NCBI GenBank assembly: GCA_963736005.1
Contig: CAVTNB010000002.1
Location: forward strand, 32,001 to 96,000
Direction: 5' to 3'
From: an uncultured Pseudomonadota bacterium
GTDB lineage: Bacteria > Vulcanimicrobiota > Vulcanimicrobiia > Eremiobacterales > Eremiobacteraceae
Length of the DNA stretch: 64,000 bases
This document shows positions 47,534 through 58,300 of this stretch, piece after piece (within the stretch, counting starts at the first letter, position 1; each line of letters opens with the position of its first letter). A program made the position numbers and the translations under genes. The notes below the pieces were generated by a model, which had not been told where the DNA came from, did no database searches, and was given only the letters and a program-made list of their open reading frames with translations.

Positions 47534-48956
47534 ATGTTTTTTCAGCAAGTCTATGACGAAGGGCTCGCGCAGGCTTCGTACGTGATTGGGTGCGAGTCGA
47601 CCGGCGAGGCTCTGGTCGTCGACCCGCGCCGCGATGTCGATGCGTATACTGCCCTTGCCGCTCGACACGACTTGCACATCGTGGGAGTCGCGGAAACGCA
47701 CATTCATGCGGACTACCTATCCGGCGGCCGCGAACTCGCAGCCGCCACCGGCGCAACCCTCTATCTCTCGGGGCTTGGCGACGAGGGCGAGGGATACGTT
47801 GCAAACCAGCCCGACGTTCGGGTCAAACTGGTGCGCAATGGTGATGAGATTCGCATTGGTGAAGTTCGCGCCCGCGTGCGCCACACGCCAGGGCATACCC
47901 CAGAGCACATTTGTTTTGAGATCTTCGATGGATCTGACAAGACCGTGCCCATGATGTTGCTCAGCGGCGACTTCATTTTTGTCGGAGATCTCGGCCGGCC
48001 CGACTTGCTCGAACAGTCGCTCGGTAAGACCGGGAGTGCGCAAGCCAGCGCGCGCACCCTGTTTGGGAGCCTGCGCCGGCGTGCTGCAGGACTTGCCGGA
48101 TTTTGTGGCGATCTGGCCGGCGCACGGTGCAGGATCTGCATGCGGCAAAGCCCTGGGCGCCGTGCCCAGTACGACGCTCGGTTACGAGCGTCGTTTTTCT
48201 TGGTGGAGTCAATTTCTCGAAAATGGCGATGAGGCTGGGTTCGTCAAGGCGCTGCTCCAAGGGCAGCCAGATGCCCCGACGTACTTCGCACGCATGAAGC
48301 ATGACAATCGCGGTTTCACGCCATTGCTGCATTCGTTGCCGCAACCTCCGCTGCTTGACGCGACAGCCCTGCGCGCGGCGCTCGACGCGGGCGCTGCGCT
48401 CGTTGATACCCGCCCGCGCGATCAATTCTGCTCGCTCCACATCAAGGGGGCCCTTTCGGTGCCGGATCGATCCCCGTTCGCAAGCCGCAGCGCCTGGTTT
48501 CTTTCCCCCGACCAACCCATCGTGCTGCTAGCGGACCAAGAGCGAATAAAGCCACTCGTGCGCGCGCTTGTGCGCGTGGGTTTGGATCGCGTGGTCGGCT
48601 ACATCAAAGACGTACAATCCTCGGGACTGCCAACCGCCTCGTTGCCACAAGTGAATCCGGAGGAGGCCAAGCGGCGTTGGTCCGCGCGCGAGGCGGTGCT
48701 CATTGATGTGCGCCAGCGTGCTGAGTTCGCCCTTGCCCACATCCCAAACACCACGCACGTCAGCGCGGGTTCGCTCGCAGCAAGCCTCGCGGTCATTCCG
48801 CGCAATCAGCCCATCCTTGTGTTCTGCGCCGGCGGTGACCGCTCGGTGGCTGTGGCCAGCGTTCTGCGTGCCTCGGGCTTCGAAAACGTCGCCAACATGC
48901 GTGGCGGCTTTGACGAATGGAAGTCACGCGGCTTTCCCGCCGAATCTGGGCTCTAA
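47534..48956 (+). CDS. MBL-fold persulfide dioxygenase-rhodanese fusion (CstB/Blh-like), frameshift near 48080
   Basis: ETHIHADY, TPGHTPEH, GDLGRPDL, PAHGAGSACGK and rhodanese loop CAGGDRS. Confidence 0.88.
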
Positions 48957-49061
48957 CGGGCTCCACTTCGTTCGCGATTTGTTCTAGCAGTGTAGGTCCA
49001 GTGCAACCCGAGTCGAACAGCCTAGCTTCGCTTTTTAACAACCTTTGTAAGGAGGTTTGCA

Positions 49062-49769
49062 ATGGCTTCTCGGAAGCAGTTTTTGGCGACAACTGCGCTC
49101 GGTGTTTCGGCTGCAGCTCTTTCCCAGGCGGGCATCGCGGCTGCGGCGCCAGCCGGCCGCACGCCGGTTCACTTTCACGTTGTCAAGCCTGGCGAATTCG
49201 ACAACGCGGCAATGACAAAAATCCTCACGCAAAACAATGACAACAAACAAGTCTTTCAATCTGTCGAGTTGCTCACGGTCGCCCCAGGCGTTGCGAGCCT
49301 CTACATCCACATGCAGAACGCCATGAACGCTTATCAGTTTTCCTATGGCTTAGGTGCGGGGAGCTTGGCGACGCTTGCCGTGCTCATTGGTCCATCGATC
49401 GTGCTGGGACTCAATGACGCGATGTGGCACAAGTATCACATTGGCGCGGCGTTCAAACTCGACTCCACCAACACGTACTACCAGGCGGATTCGAATCTCG
49501 ACCCATCCGCAAGCCCCGATGACCCCAATGGAATCTATCAGGACTGGAGCGCCCAAGCGTGCCTCAAACGCGGCGCTTCGTTCATGATGTGCCACAACGC
49601 CACGACGGCTGTCGCCGGGGTGCTCGGGCAGGCAGCCAACGTTGATCCGGCCACCGCGCTCTCGGACTTCGTCCACAATATGCTCCCAGGGTTTCTTATG
49701 GTTCCCGCGGGGGTTGCAGCGGTGCAAGCAGCGCAGTCAAATGGTTGGAAACTGTTTCCGATCATCTAA
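49062..49769 (+). CDS. Exported DsrE-like protein with Tat-type signal
   Basis: SRKQFL signal; KRGASFMMCHNA and VPAGVAAVQAAQSNGW resemble the DsrE fold; AAGGAGG RBS. Confidence 0.65.
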   Translation: MASRKQFLATTALGVSAAALSQAGIAAAAPAGRTPVHFHVVKPGEFDNAAMTKILTQNNDNKQVFQSVELLTVAPGVASLYIHMQNAMNAYQFSYGLGAGSLATLAVLIGPSIVLGLNDAMWHKYHIGAAFKLDSTNTYYQADSNLDPSASPDDPNGIYQDWSAQACLKRGASFMMCHNATTAVAGVLGQAANVDPATALSDFVHNMLPGFLMVPAGVAAVQAAQSNGWKLFPII

Positions 49770-50552
49770 ATGGCGTCGCTCGTCTTACTTGCGCTCTACG
49801 GGCTGATCGTTGGTATCTCATTAGGGCTAACTGGCGGAGGGGGATCGATTCTCACGGTCCCTCTCCTCGTTTATCTTGTCGGCCAACCCGTGCACGTCGC
49901 CATTCCGACCTCCCTTGTGGTCGTGGGCGCAACCGCATTCTCTGGCTACGCCCGCCGGATATCCCAAGCGAACTCATTCGACGGAATCGTGGTCGGTCTC
50001 GCGGGCATTTTTGGCGCCGTGCCCGGACGGCTCTTCGCGCAATCTTTTTCTGGTCGCACGCTGTTGCTGCTCTTTGCGGCGATCATGCTCGTGGCTGCAG
50101 TCTTGATGTTTCGCTCAAAGACGTATACCTCGCGGACTGGGCCAAGACCACATTGGGCTCTGGTCATCGCTGTCGGCGTGGCGATCGGATTCCTTACCGG
50201 GTTCTTGGGGGTGGGAGGTGGTTTTCTCATCGTTCCGGGTCTCGTGCTCTTGCTCGGCACATCAATGGAGATTGCGATACCAACCTCACTGCTCGTCATC
50301 GCCATCAACTGCGCCTCGGCCCTCCTCGGCCCGCTCTTGCTCGGACATGGCTCGGCGGCGATCGGAGCTATCGATTGGCGGGTTGCACTCCTCTTTGTGG
50401 CCGGCGGTATTGTGGGCGCGGTGTTGGGACGAGCGGCCGCCAGTCGGCTCGATCAGCGAATGCTCAAGCAGGTGTTTGCGGTCTTTATCTTCGCTGTTGC
50501 GCTCTTTGTGGTGGGCAGCACTACGGGAGTGATCCCGCTGGCCGTAAAATAG
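49770..50552 (+). CDS. Sulfite exporter TauE/SafE (TSUP) family
   Basis: GLTGGGGSILTVP and GFLGVGGGFLIVP motifs. Confidence 0.92.
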   Translation: MASLVLLALYGLIVGISLGLTGGGGSILTVPLLVYLVGQPVHVAIPTSLVVVGATAFSGYARRISQANSFDGIVVGLAGIFGAVPGRLFAQSFSGRTLLLLFAAIMLVAAVLMFRSKTYTSRTGPRPHWALVIAVGVAIGFLTGFLGVGGGFLIVPGLVLLLGTSMEIAIPTSLLVIAINCASALLGPLLLGHGSAAIGAIDWRVALLFVAGGIVGAVLGRAAASRLDQRMLKQVFAVFIFAVALFVVGSTTGVIPLAVK

Positions 50553-50566
50553 TGTTTGTTTTTCGC

Positions 50567-50908
50567 ATGGCTGACAGAGGCGGATTGCTTCACCCGGATA
50601 TCGACGACTACGATCCAAAACAGACCCAAGCCGAAGTAAGTGCCGGTGCGATGCTCGTCGACGTCCGCGAACCACACGAGTGGAATCTTGGTCACCTGCC
50701 CGGTGCCCAGCACATTCCAATGGGTGAGATCCCAAGTAGACTTGCGGAGCTGCCGCGCAACCGAAAGATCATCTTTACTTGCCGGTCTGGCAATCGCAGC
50801 GGGCACATCAAAGACCTGCTCATCGACGAGTTCGGCTATACCGACGTGCACAACCAACTCGGCGGTATTATCGCCTGGCAGCTCGACGGGTTGCCCACCG
50901 TCAAATGA
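50567..50908 (+). CDS. Single-domain rhodanese
   Basis: LVDVREPHEW..GHLPGA and CRSGNRS motifs. Confidence 0.9.
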   Translation: MADRGGLLHPDIDDYDPKQTQAEVSAGAMLVDVREPHEWNLGHLPGAQHIPMGEIPSRLAELPRNRKIIFTCRSGNRSGHIKDLLIDEFGYTDVHNQLGGIIAWQLDGLPTVK

Positions 50909-51720
50909 TTCGGGCGGCCTCGCTCATTTCGCTCGCAGCCGGGTGCGCGATCGTCGTTGCCTGCGCGGGCCAGATGCACTCCCAAACGCAGGCGCCCGCA
51001 ATCGATCCGGCGTCATTTGCGGCCAACGCAACGTTTCCGCCAGGACCTTCGGGTCAGCTGATCGCGTATGGTCACGACCTCATCGCGCAAACCCCCAAAT
51101 ATGCAGCTGAGAATATTACCGCACGCATGTCGTGCGCCGCGTGCCATCCAAACGCGGGGCGAACGCCTCACGAGGGGTCGCTGCTTGGCATCTACGCCAT
51201 GTTTCCCCAGTGGAACAAGCGTTCCAAACGCTTCATTGCATTGCAAGACCGCATTGCCGAATGTTTCCTCTACAGCATGAATGGCAAACCCCCAGCATAC
51301 TACAGCAAAGAGATGGTTGCGATCACTGCCTACATTGCCTTTCTTTCACGCGGTGCCAAAGTTGGCGAAGGTTTTCAAAATCAGGCTGCCGTCAAGGTCA
51401 AGGCCGGTGCCCCAAATGTCTCCAATGGAGCGCGTATTTACGCGGCGCGCTGCGTGTCGTGCCACGGCGCGACTGGCAACGGTGCCATGGATGGAGATCC
51501 TCCGTTGTGGGGCTCGGCGTCATTTAACGACAAAGCCGGCATGAGCCGGATGGATCGTATTGCCCCGTTTGTGCGGACAGCCATGCCCTTCAACGCTCCC
51601 GGCACGCTCTCCGACCAAGAAGCAACCGACGTTGCCGCATTCATCTTGACCAAGCCTCGACCGCATTTTGACAAGTCGAAGCTCGTGCAGTTTCCGTTAG
51701 AGAAAGCTTCTTATTTCTAA
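50905..51720 (+). CDS. tsdA: Diheme cytochrome c, thiosulfate dehydrogenase TsdA-like
   Basis: CAACH, RIAECFLYSMNG (Cys heme ligand), CVSCH and PPLWG.ASFNDKAGM motifs. Confidence 0.8.
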   Translation: MIRAASLISLAAGCAIVVACAGQMHSQTQAPAIDPASFAANATFPPGPSGQLIAYGHDLIAQTPKYAAENITARMSCAACHPNAGRTPHEGSLLGIYAMFPQWNKRSKRFIALQDRIAECFLYSMNGKPPAYYSKEMVAITAYIAFLSRGAKVGEGFQNQAAVKVKAGAPNVSNGARIYAARCVSCHGATGNGAMDGDPPLWGSASFNDKAGMSRMDRIAPFVRTAMPFNAPGTLSDQEATDVAAFILTKPRPHFDKSKLVQFPLEKASYF

Positions 51721-52277
51721 TGGAACCTACACGCGAACAAGCGTGGGACCTTGTTTGCCAGCACGTCAAAAACCCGGCGCTGCGCCGCCACATGCTGGCG
51801 GTTGAGACGGCCATGCGGTCGTATGCGCGTAAGCTTGGAGCCGATGAAGAGCGTTTCGCCATTGTCGGGCTGCTGCACGACTTCGATTGGGAAATTCACC
51901 CGAGCGTGCAGGAGCATCCCGAACTTGGCTGCCGCATGCTCGAAGATCTCGGGTATCCAGCCGATATCGTGAAAGCCATACGCGGCCATGCGACCTACCT
52001 GGGCGTGCCCCGAGATACCGATGTAGCGCGAGCCTTGTACGCATGCGATGAGCTCAGTGGCTTTCTCACGGCGGTAGCCTACATTCACCCGTCAAAGACG
52101 ATTCGTGAAGTGACCGTAGCATCCGTAAAGAAGAAACTGAAAGACAAACGGTTTGCCGCCAACGTCAACCGCCAGGAAGTTTATGAGGCAGCGCAGGAGT
52201 TTGGGGTGATGCTGGACGAGCACATCGCATTCCTTATCACGGCTTTCACCGAGAACTCCGCCGCTCTCAACCTCTAA
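51720..52277 (+). CDS. HDIG/HD-domain metal-dependent hydrolase
   Basis: RHMLAVE, GLLHDFD, ACDELSG and KKLKDKRFAANVNR motifs. Confidence 0.88.
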   Translation: MEPTREQAWDLVCQHVKNPALRRHMLAVETAMRSYARKLGADEERFAIVGLLHDFDWEIHPSVQEHPELGCRMLEDLGYPADIVKAIRGHATYLGVPRDTDVARALYACDELSGFLTAVAYIHPSKTIREVTVASVKKKLKDKRFAANVNRQEVYEAAQEFGVMLDEHIAFLITAFTENSAALNL

Positions 52278-52281
52278 TAAT

Positions 52282-52329
52282 GTAGCAGCGGACCTTCAGG
52301 TCCGCTTTGGAGCGCGAATTCATTCGCGC
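52282..52329 (+). repeat. Two REP palindromes
   Basis: GTAGC-AGCGGACCT-TC-AGGTCCGCT and GCGCGAAT-TC-ATTCGCGC. Confidence 0.88.
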
Positions 52330-52343
52330 GTTGGAGAAATAAG

Positions 52344-52817
52344 ATGGAACAAGCAACGTTCGGAGCTGGATGTTTTTGGGGCGTGGAGTCTGCCTTCCGC
52401 CAAATCCCCGGCGTGATCGACGCTAAAGTTGGCTACGAAGGCGGGACGCTCCCAAACCCAACGTATAAAGACGTGTGTTCGAACAAGACCGGTCATGCAG
52501 AGGTCGTGCAGATAACGTTCGATCCAAAGCGTGTGTCCTACGAGGCGCTGCTCGCTGCGTTTTTTGACCTGCACGATCCCACGCAGCTCAATCGCCAAGG
52601 CCCAGACTTCGGCACGCAGTATCGTTCGGTGATTTTCTACCACTCGCCCGCGCAGCAGGCGGCAGCGCAGAAAGCGCTCGCCGAACTCTCAGCCTCCGGC
52701 CGCTACAAGAAACCTATCGTGACGCAGCTCGTGCCGGCGACGACGTTCAACCTCGCTGAAGAGTATCATCAACGATATTTTGAAAAAATGGGGATCGCGC
52801 CGACGTGCCATACATAA
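52344..52817 (+). CDS. msrA: Peptide methionine sulfoxide reductase A
   Basis: [24 protein letters not shown] and AEEYHQRY motifs. Confidence 0.96.
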   Translation: MEQATFGAGCFWGVESAFRQIPGVIDAKVGYEGGTLPNPTYKDVCSNKTGHAEVVQITFDPKRVSYEALLAAFFDLHDPTQLNRQGPDFGTQYRSVIFYHSPAQQAAAQKALAELSASGRYKKPIVTQLVPATTFNLAEEYHQRYFEKMGIAPTCHT

Positions 52818-52997
52818 CACGCGCCGTGCCTCGGTAGCAAGCTGCCCGACATGTCATCGCCTACGAGTGCTGTATCGAAGGTTGAAGACACGAAACAACA
52901 GGCGCACGCCATATCTAGGTGATACTGGCAAAGCTGCAGAATATCCCGACCGTTTATGCGGAAGAGGGAGCACCTAAGTCATGAAAGCTCTCTATTC

Positions 52998-53324
52998 GTG
53001 AGCGACACGCCACAGGCCCGGCATATCTCCTTCGCGCAGGCAGGCGACCTCTCGTTGCTACGGCTGAAGCATGGCACGATGGCGATAGAGTACTATGCGC
53101 CGCGAGATGTCGACCACCAAACACCCCACATAAAAGATGAGATCTACATCATCATGCACGGGCATGGATGGTTCCGTCATGGCACCGAACGCGTCGCCTT
53201 CGCCGAGGGTGATGCGCTTTTCGTTCCCGCGGGCTTGGATCACAAATTTGAGGAATTTAGCAAAGACTTCGCGACCTGGGTGATCTTTTATGGAGCTGAA
53301 GGCGGCGAACAAACGCGGCGTTGA
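52998..53324 (+). CDS. Cupin domain protein
   Basis: QTPHIKDEIY...GDALFVPAGLDHKF motif. Confidence 0.85.
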   Translation: MSDTPQARHISFAQAGDLSLLRLKHGTMAIEYYAPRDVDHQTPHIKDEIYIIMHGHGWFRHGTERVAFAEGDALFVPAGLDHKFEEFSKDFATWVIFYGAEGGEQTRR

Positions 53325-53335
53325 TATTCCAGCGT

Positions 53336-55267
53336 CTATTTGATTGGTTGCGGTGTGTCCACGTAATCTTCGTACACAAGCCCTTCGGCAATTTCCATCG
53401 ACTCGCCCAGAAGATGGTGCGCCAGCGCCGCGTCCTCGCATGTTTGATTCGCGCTCTTGAGGTTCGCCAAGACATCACTGACCTGGGAGTGAGTGTCGAA
53501 CGCATACCAGGAGGCGCAGGCGATCTCGCCCGCCGGAATACCGAGATGGGTTGCTTGCGCGTAACTTGGTGCTCGTTGGCCGGGGAAGCGCGCCTCGAGC
53601 GCATGGGCAAAGGCAGAGTAGCGCTCCGGCGAGGATTCAACATCGAGCAGCGTGGTCTCCACGGAAAGACCGATGGTCTGGGCCGCGTACATTTCGTCTG
53701 ACGCCTGTTGCGCTTTGGCGAGCGCAGCGTCCCAAGCAGTCAAGGCCGGTCCAATATTGGGGGGTCTTGGTGACGCCGTGCCCTGTCGGTGCTCCTGATA
53801 CTGCGGGAGAGTGGCCGGAGTCATCACGTTGGAAAGAATCTGTGTTGCAATCAGCGCTTGCGCGATTGCGGCACGGCTCTGCGCGATGCTATCGAGCAGC
53901 TGATCGTTGGATCTGTTCAAACCGGCAGTCATCGAGGGATAGTATGGAAGCAGCGCTTGGTACTTTGGCGTCAGCGGTGCGTCGTCATCAAACGGCCCCG
54001 TCATCTCGCGCAGTGCATCCTGATTTGGGCCAATCAACCCGGGCGCGGTCGAGACCACATCGCTAATCGCGTCGGCAGTCCCCGACACGTCGGCGTCGAG
54101 GTGTGCCAACATTGCCGCCATCGCACCTCCGCCGCTCGGTCCCCCGGCGCCGCTCGGCTGGGGACCTTGGGGCGATCCTTGGGCCGTCGCCTCCATCGCA
54201 GTCGACACTCTGGTGATTTGCTGCTCTAAATTGTCGAGCTCGCCCGCTCCAATGCGCGCATCATTTTTTGCTTGCGTGAGCGCAGTTTGCGCGTTGGATT
54301 GGGCCACCTTCAGCGCGGCGCTCGCCTCTTTGCGTCGCGGATCGTCCGGAGAAATTGACACCAGCATCACGCGGCTATCGGGCGCCGCGAGGGCTCCGGA
54401 TTCGCGCAGCGCATAATCGAGTTGCGTGACATGCTCTGCCACAAGAGGGCTGCTCGCGTCTTTGAGCTTTCGCAACTTTGCCTGAGCGTAGCTGTAGCGG
54501 CCTTCTTGCTGGTCGTGGATTGCCTGCGCCGTAAGGGCAGCGTCCGTTGGGCGATCGAGCTCTGGATATCCAAGCAAATGCGCCACGCGGTCTTGGGGCA
54601 CGGGGTGATCGATAAAGGCCTTGTCTGCTTTGCTCTCCGGACCGGAGTCCATTGCGCCGAGTTTGGCCATGACGTCGACCGCTGCTTCGGGATCGAAGCC
54701 AGTCTGGTCTGCGAGGCGCATGCCGTAGTGGTCGGCTTGCAACTCGTCGAGGCGCGAAAACTTTTGAGTTGCCATTTCGCCGCCAATATCACCTAAAACG
54801 CCCGCCACCGGCGACACGATCGAGACAAGCGCGGTGAGAATGCCGATGATCGTGCCCTGGTTCGATGACTTCACGACGTGTCGCAGCTCGACGTGACCCA
54901 TCTCGTGCCCCATGGTGGCCGCGAGGTCGTCATCGGAAGAAACGAAGTTCAACAAGCCAATGTCGACGTGGATAAAACCACCCTTCATGGCAAACGCGTT
55001 GATGTCGGGTGTGGCCAAGATCGTGAAGGTGAAGTTGATGTCGCGACGCTGGCGGTGCTGCGCCAACTGGCCTCCGATCGAATTGACCCACGCGACGAGG
55101 AATGGATCCGTTATCTTGATGCTATGGGCATCGACTTCGGCGCTCTCTGCTTTTCCCTGCGCAACTTCTTGCGCTGTCGACAGAGCGAGCGCGGGTAAAG
55201 CAGAGGCCTGACCCAGCGCGGCGATGGCGATGAGAGCGGTAAGGTATCGAGCTAGATGGCGAAGCAC
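53336..55267 (-). CDS. M48 family metallopeptidase (BepA-like) with long helical C-terminal extension
   Basis: Signal peptide; INAFA..GG, HEMGH, FSRLDELQAD and DHP..DR motifs. Confidence 0.88.
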   Translation of the reverse strand: MLRHLARYLTALIAIAALGQASALPALALSTAQEVAQGKAESAEVDAHSIKITDPFLVAWVNSIGGQLAQHRQRRDINFTFTILATPDINAFAMKGGFIHVDIGLLNFVSSDDDLAATMGHEMGHVELRHVVKSSNQGTIIGILTALVSIVSPVAGVLGDIGGEMATQKFSRLDELQADHYGMRLADQTGFDPEAAVDVMAKLGAMDSGPESKADKAFIDHPVPQDRVAHLLGYPELDRPTDAALTAQAIHDQQEGRYSYAQAKLRKLKDASSPLVAEHVTQLDYALRESGALAAPDSRVMLVSISPDDPRRKEASAALKVAQSNAQTALTQAKNDARIGAGELDNLEQQITRVSTAMEATAQGSPQGPQPSGAGGPSGGGAMAAMLAHLDADVSGTADAISDVVSTAPGLIGPNQDALREMTGPFDDDAPLTPKYQALLPYYPSMTAGLNRSNDQLLDSIAQSRAAIAQALIATQILSNVMTPATLPQYQEHRQGTASPRPPNIGPALTAWDAALAKAQQASDEMYAAQTIGLSVETTLLDVESSPERYSAFAHALEARFPGQRAPSYAQATHLGIPAGEIACASWYAFDTHSQVSDVLANLKSANQTCEDAALAHHLLGESMEIAEGLVYEDYVDTPQPIK

Positions 55268-55377
55268 GGGGACTCTCCCGATTGCGCCATTGCGACGGCT
55301 AGTACCTGCACTTTACTTAATTCTAAAGTGTCAATCTGTGACTGGCCTTAGAAAAATGGCCAAGTGAGAACCAGGAA

Positions 55378-58300
55378 TTACTGCGAGACGATGAGCGTCG
55401 ACGTGCTCGTGCGCCCGAATTCCTCTGGTGCATATTGCAAATGGACGTCAGCACCTGGCCACAAATAACTTCCGGGTGTTACCGAACGCACCAAATAGTG
55501 CAAGGTGTAGACGCCTGCCTCCAGGCGCGAGGCGTACGCGACCACGCGATCTTTGTAAATTGTTTGGTAATCGATTTCCCAAGAATCTCCCATCGCTTCG
55601 AAATACGGCGTCGACGTCTTAAAGGTCGTGTCAACCGCTTCCAATCCTGCGGGCAATTCGTCCGTGATGACCGCATGATCGACGGGGTGGTCGGTGATGA
55701 TTTCAAGGCCCACGTCGTAGATCTCCCCGGGCGCGAGCGTCAGGGGATCGTTCGGCGCATTGAGTCCCATTTTTGCTAACACGGTATCTTTATTGGCCGG
55801 ACGAATTTCACGAGTAATACGCAAGCCGGCAAGCTGACCTGGTTGATTACCTTTCAAACGATAACTGTACGAGACAAAGTAGTGCAGCTGGCCTTTGCCG
55901 GATTTCGCCAACACGAGATCGTTCGAGCCTGCCGGTACGTCCGCCATCGGCACGGTGCGTTGATCGGTTGTGATCTTGTATCCGGTGAAAGATACCGATT
56001 GCAGGGTCTTGCCGCCAAGTGTGGACATCGCGTTGAAATTTGGGGGCTGTGGCATGAGCGCCCCATACGCAATGAGCGCCGAGAGCGCTTCCGCGGTGTC
56101 GTACGAATCCTGCCACGTGCCATTGTGGCGCAGCGCGAGCAAACTAGTCAGCAGCTTGTCAAGCAACGCGGGATCGCTGTTGCGCGCAACATACAAGCGC
56201 AGCGCTTGCGCGCGCATCACTGCCGGCGACGCGAGCCAACCCCACTCCTCTGGATAGTTGATCGTCGCAAAGCGGCCGGTCACATAGATCGTCTCTTGGA
56301 GTTTGTCGGCCATCGCTGTGCCTTGCGGCTGCCAGGCCGGAAAGCGCAACAGGTAGCGCGCCAGTTCCACTTGACCGAGCAAATCGAATCGCTCGCGGTT
56401 GTCGTAAATGTCCGAGAGAAAATCATCGCGGGCCTGGCCGAGGTCGCCAAGTGCGAGCAAGATGTCGAGCCGAACGCGACTCATGCACGGTTCGATGCCG
56501 GAGCACACGTCGGGATCGGCGAGCTTGCGCTTGAGATAGGTCTTGACGCGCGCGACCATTGCCGGATCGACGTTGAGTCCGGCCGCCTGCGCCGCAGCGA
56601 GGCTCTTGGCCGCATACGGGGTCACGAACACGTCGGATTCTGAAGAGCATGGACACCACCCGAAGCCACCGTCGGCCTTCTGCAGCTTCGCCAATTGCGC
56701 TAACGCCGCCGCCGCGCTCGCATTTGCGTTGAACGAACCGAGTGATTGCGCGTAGCGCTGGGCAAGCAGTTTGAGATCCGCACTGACCATGAGTCGGCTC
56801 GCCGCTGGCTCGAGGAATGGCAAGTCGTTCGCATTGAGCACTCCCATCGCGGGGACAGTAACTTCGGGGATCAGCGTGCTCGCCAAGTCAATCTGCAACC
56901 CGCCGCTGTCGCTCGCCACATGAGGATCGACGCGAATGGGAATTGTTGCGCTCGCTTGCGTGACGCCCGACTCGACAATGGACTCCATCACCGAACTCGG
57001 CGTGCGAATATCCAGCGGAACCTGGAAGGCGTCCGTGGCGCCACCGATGCCACTCTTAAAGGTTACCTGCGCCGTGCCAACGCCGGTTGCAAATATCGTA
57101 AAGCGATAGGCGGCGGTGCCTGCTTGCGCTGCGGTCGAAAAATTCGTGGAACTCGTCGCGTTGTTCGCGGACTGGAAGACGAGCGGGCCGGTCAGCGATC
57201 CCAAGATGTCGAGCGTCCCCGAACCCGCTGAAACGTTCGTGACGCTCACGCCCGCTTGCATCGAGTCTCCCGGCCGCGCGAACTGTGGCAACAGCGGATT
57301 GGTGACGAGCGGCTTTGAGGTCACAAAGGTCGTGTCGGCGTTGCCGAAGCGGAAGTCAGTGCTGTCCGATCCAGCAGCCACTGCCACCGCCATCACTCGC
57401 CACGTTGTGAGATCATCCGGTAACCGGAAACTGAATTGGGCACTGCCACTCGCGTCCGTATGCAGCGCGCCATTGTAGTAAGCAAGGGGAGCAAAGTTCG
57501 TGCGCACGCGCGTGCTCGCGGCTCCAGCCAGGAATCCCCCTCCATATCCCCAGCCCTTTTGCAGCGGGGATGCCATCTGCTGGAGGACGACATTCGGTCG
57601 ATTGTCCGCAAAGATGGTCGAGATGAACTGCGGCGCGTACACGGTCTGCACGAGATCAGGCGGCCGGTAGCCGGTGAGTTGCAGCACGGTCTCGTTCACG
57701 ACCATGACGGCAAGCTCTCCTTGGCGTGGCTTGCCTTGCGCGTCGCGCACGGAGAGTCTGACTGTTTGCTGCGCACCTGGTTCGAGGTTCGCGTGCAGCG
57801 GCGACAGCGTCACTTTCAGATACTTGTTGTCGAGATTAATTGCAAACGGAGCAAATCCGGTGCGGACCAAACTGTCGATGCTGCCCGGCGCGAGGCTTCG
57901 CAACGGTTTTCCGCGCCTCACGAGCACGGCTTCCACGGCCGCATTTGGGAGCATGTCGGCGGTCACGCGGAACTTGACCTCCGGTGCACTGCCGCTCACG
58001 CTTTGCACGGCGCTGTAAAGAATCTTATTACGGATCACTGCGAAATAGAGCTGCCCGCTGGGATAGGGTGACTGGATAAGCGCCGTGGCGATGTCGCCCG
58101 TGTGATACGTTGTCCTGTCGAGCTTGACTTGCAAGACGTTGCGATCGTACGCGCCCCAGTCCACCTCGCCGGGACCGGTCACCCAGACCTGGGTATCGGT
58201 GGCCGTTGTGTCATCTTTGGCATCGCCAAAGTTCGCCCGAATTCGATACGGTCCGGCGGCGCTCGGGGCGAGCATCACGCTTTGCGCTGAATCGCCAGAG

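Noticed and set aside
26246..48956. Programmed frameshifting or pseudogenes in mmsA, the sulfurtransferase and the MBL gene
   Set aside because: No slippery sites seen; sporadic indels also hit leuS, so sequencing error is more parsimonious.
39483..52817. Selenoprotein versions of TrxA, MsrA or rhodaneses near selAB
   Set aside because: Catalytic positions are encoded by Cys codons; no in-frame TGA was seen.
52818..52997. 180-bp gap after msrA as an sRNA or small ORF
   Set aside because: Only short ORFs without an RBS, and no convincing structure or family match by eye.
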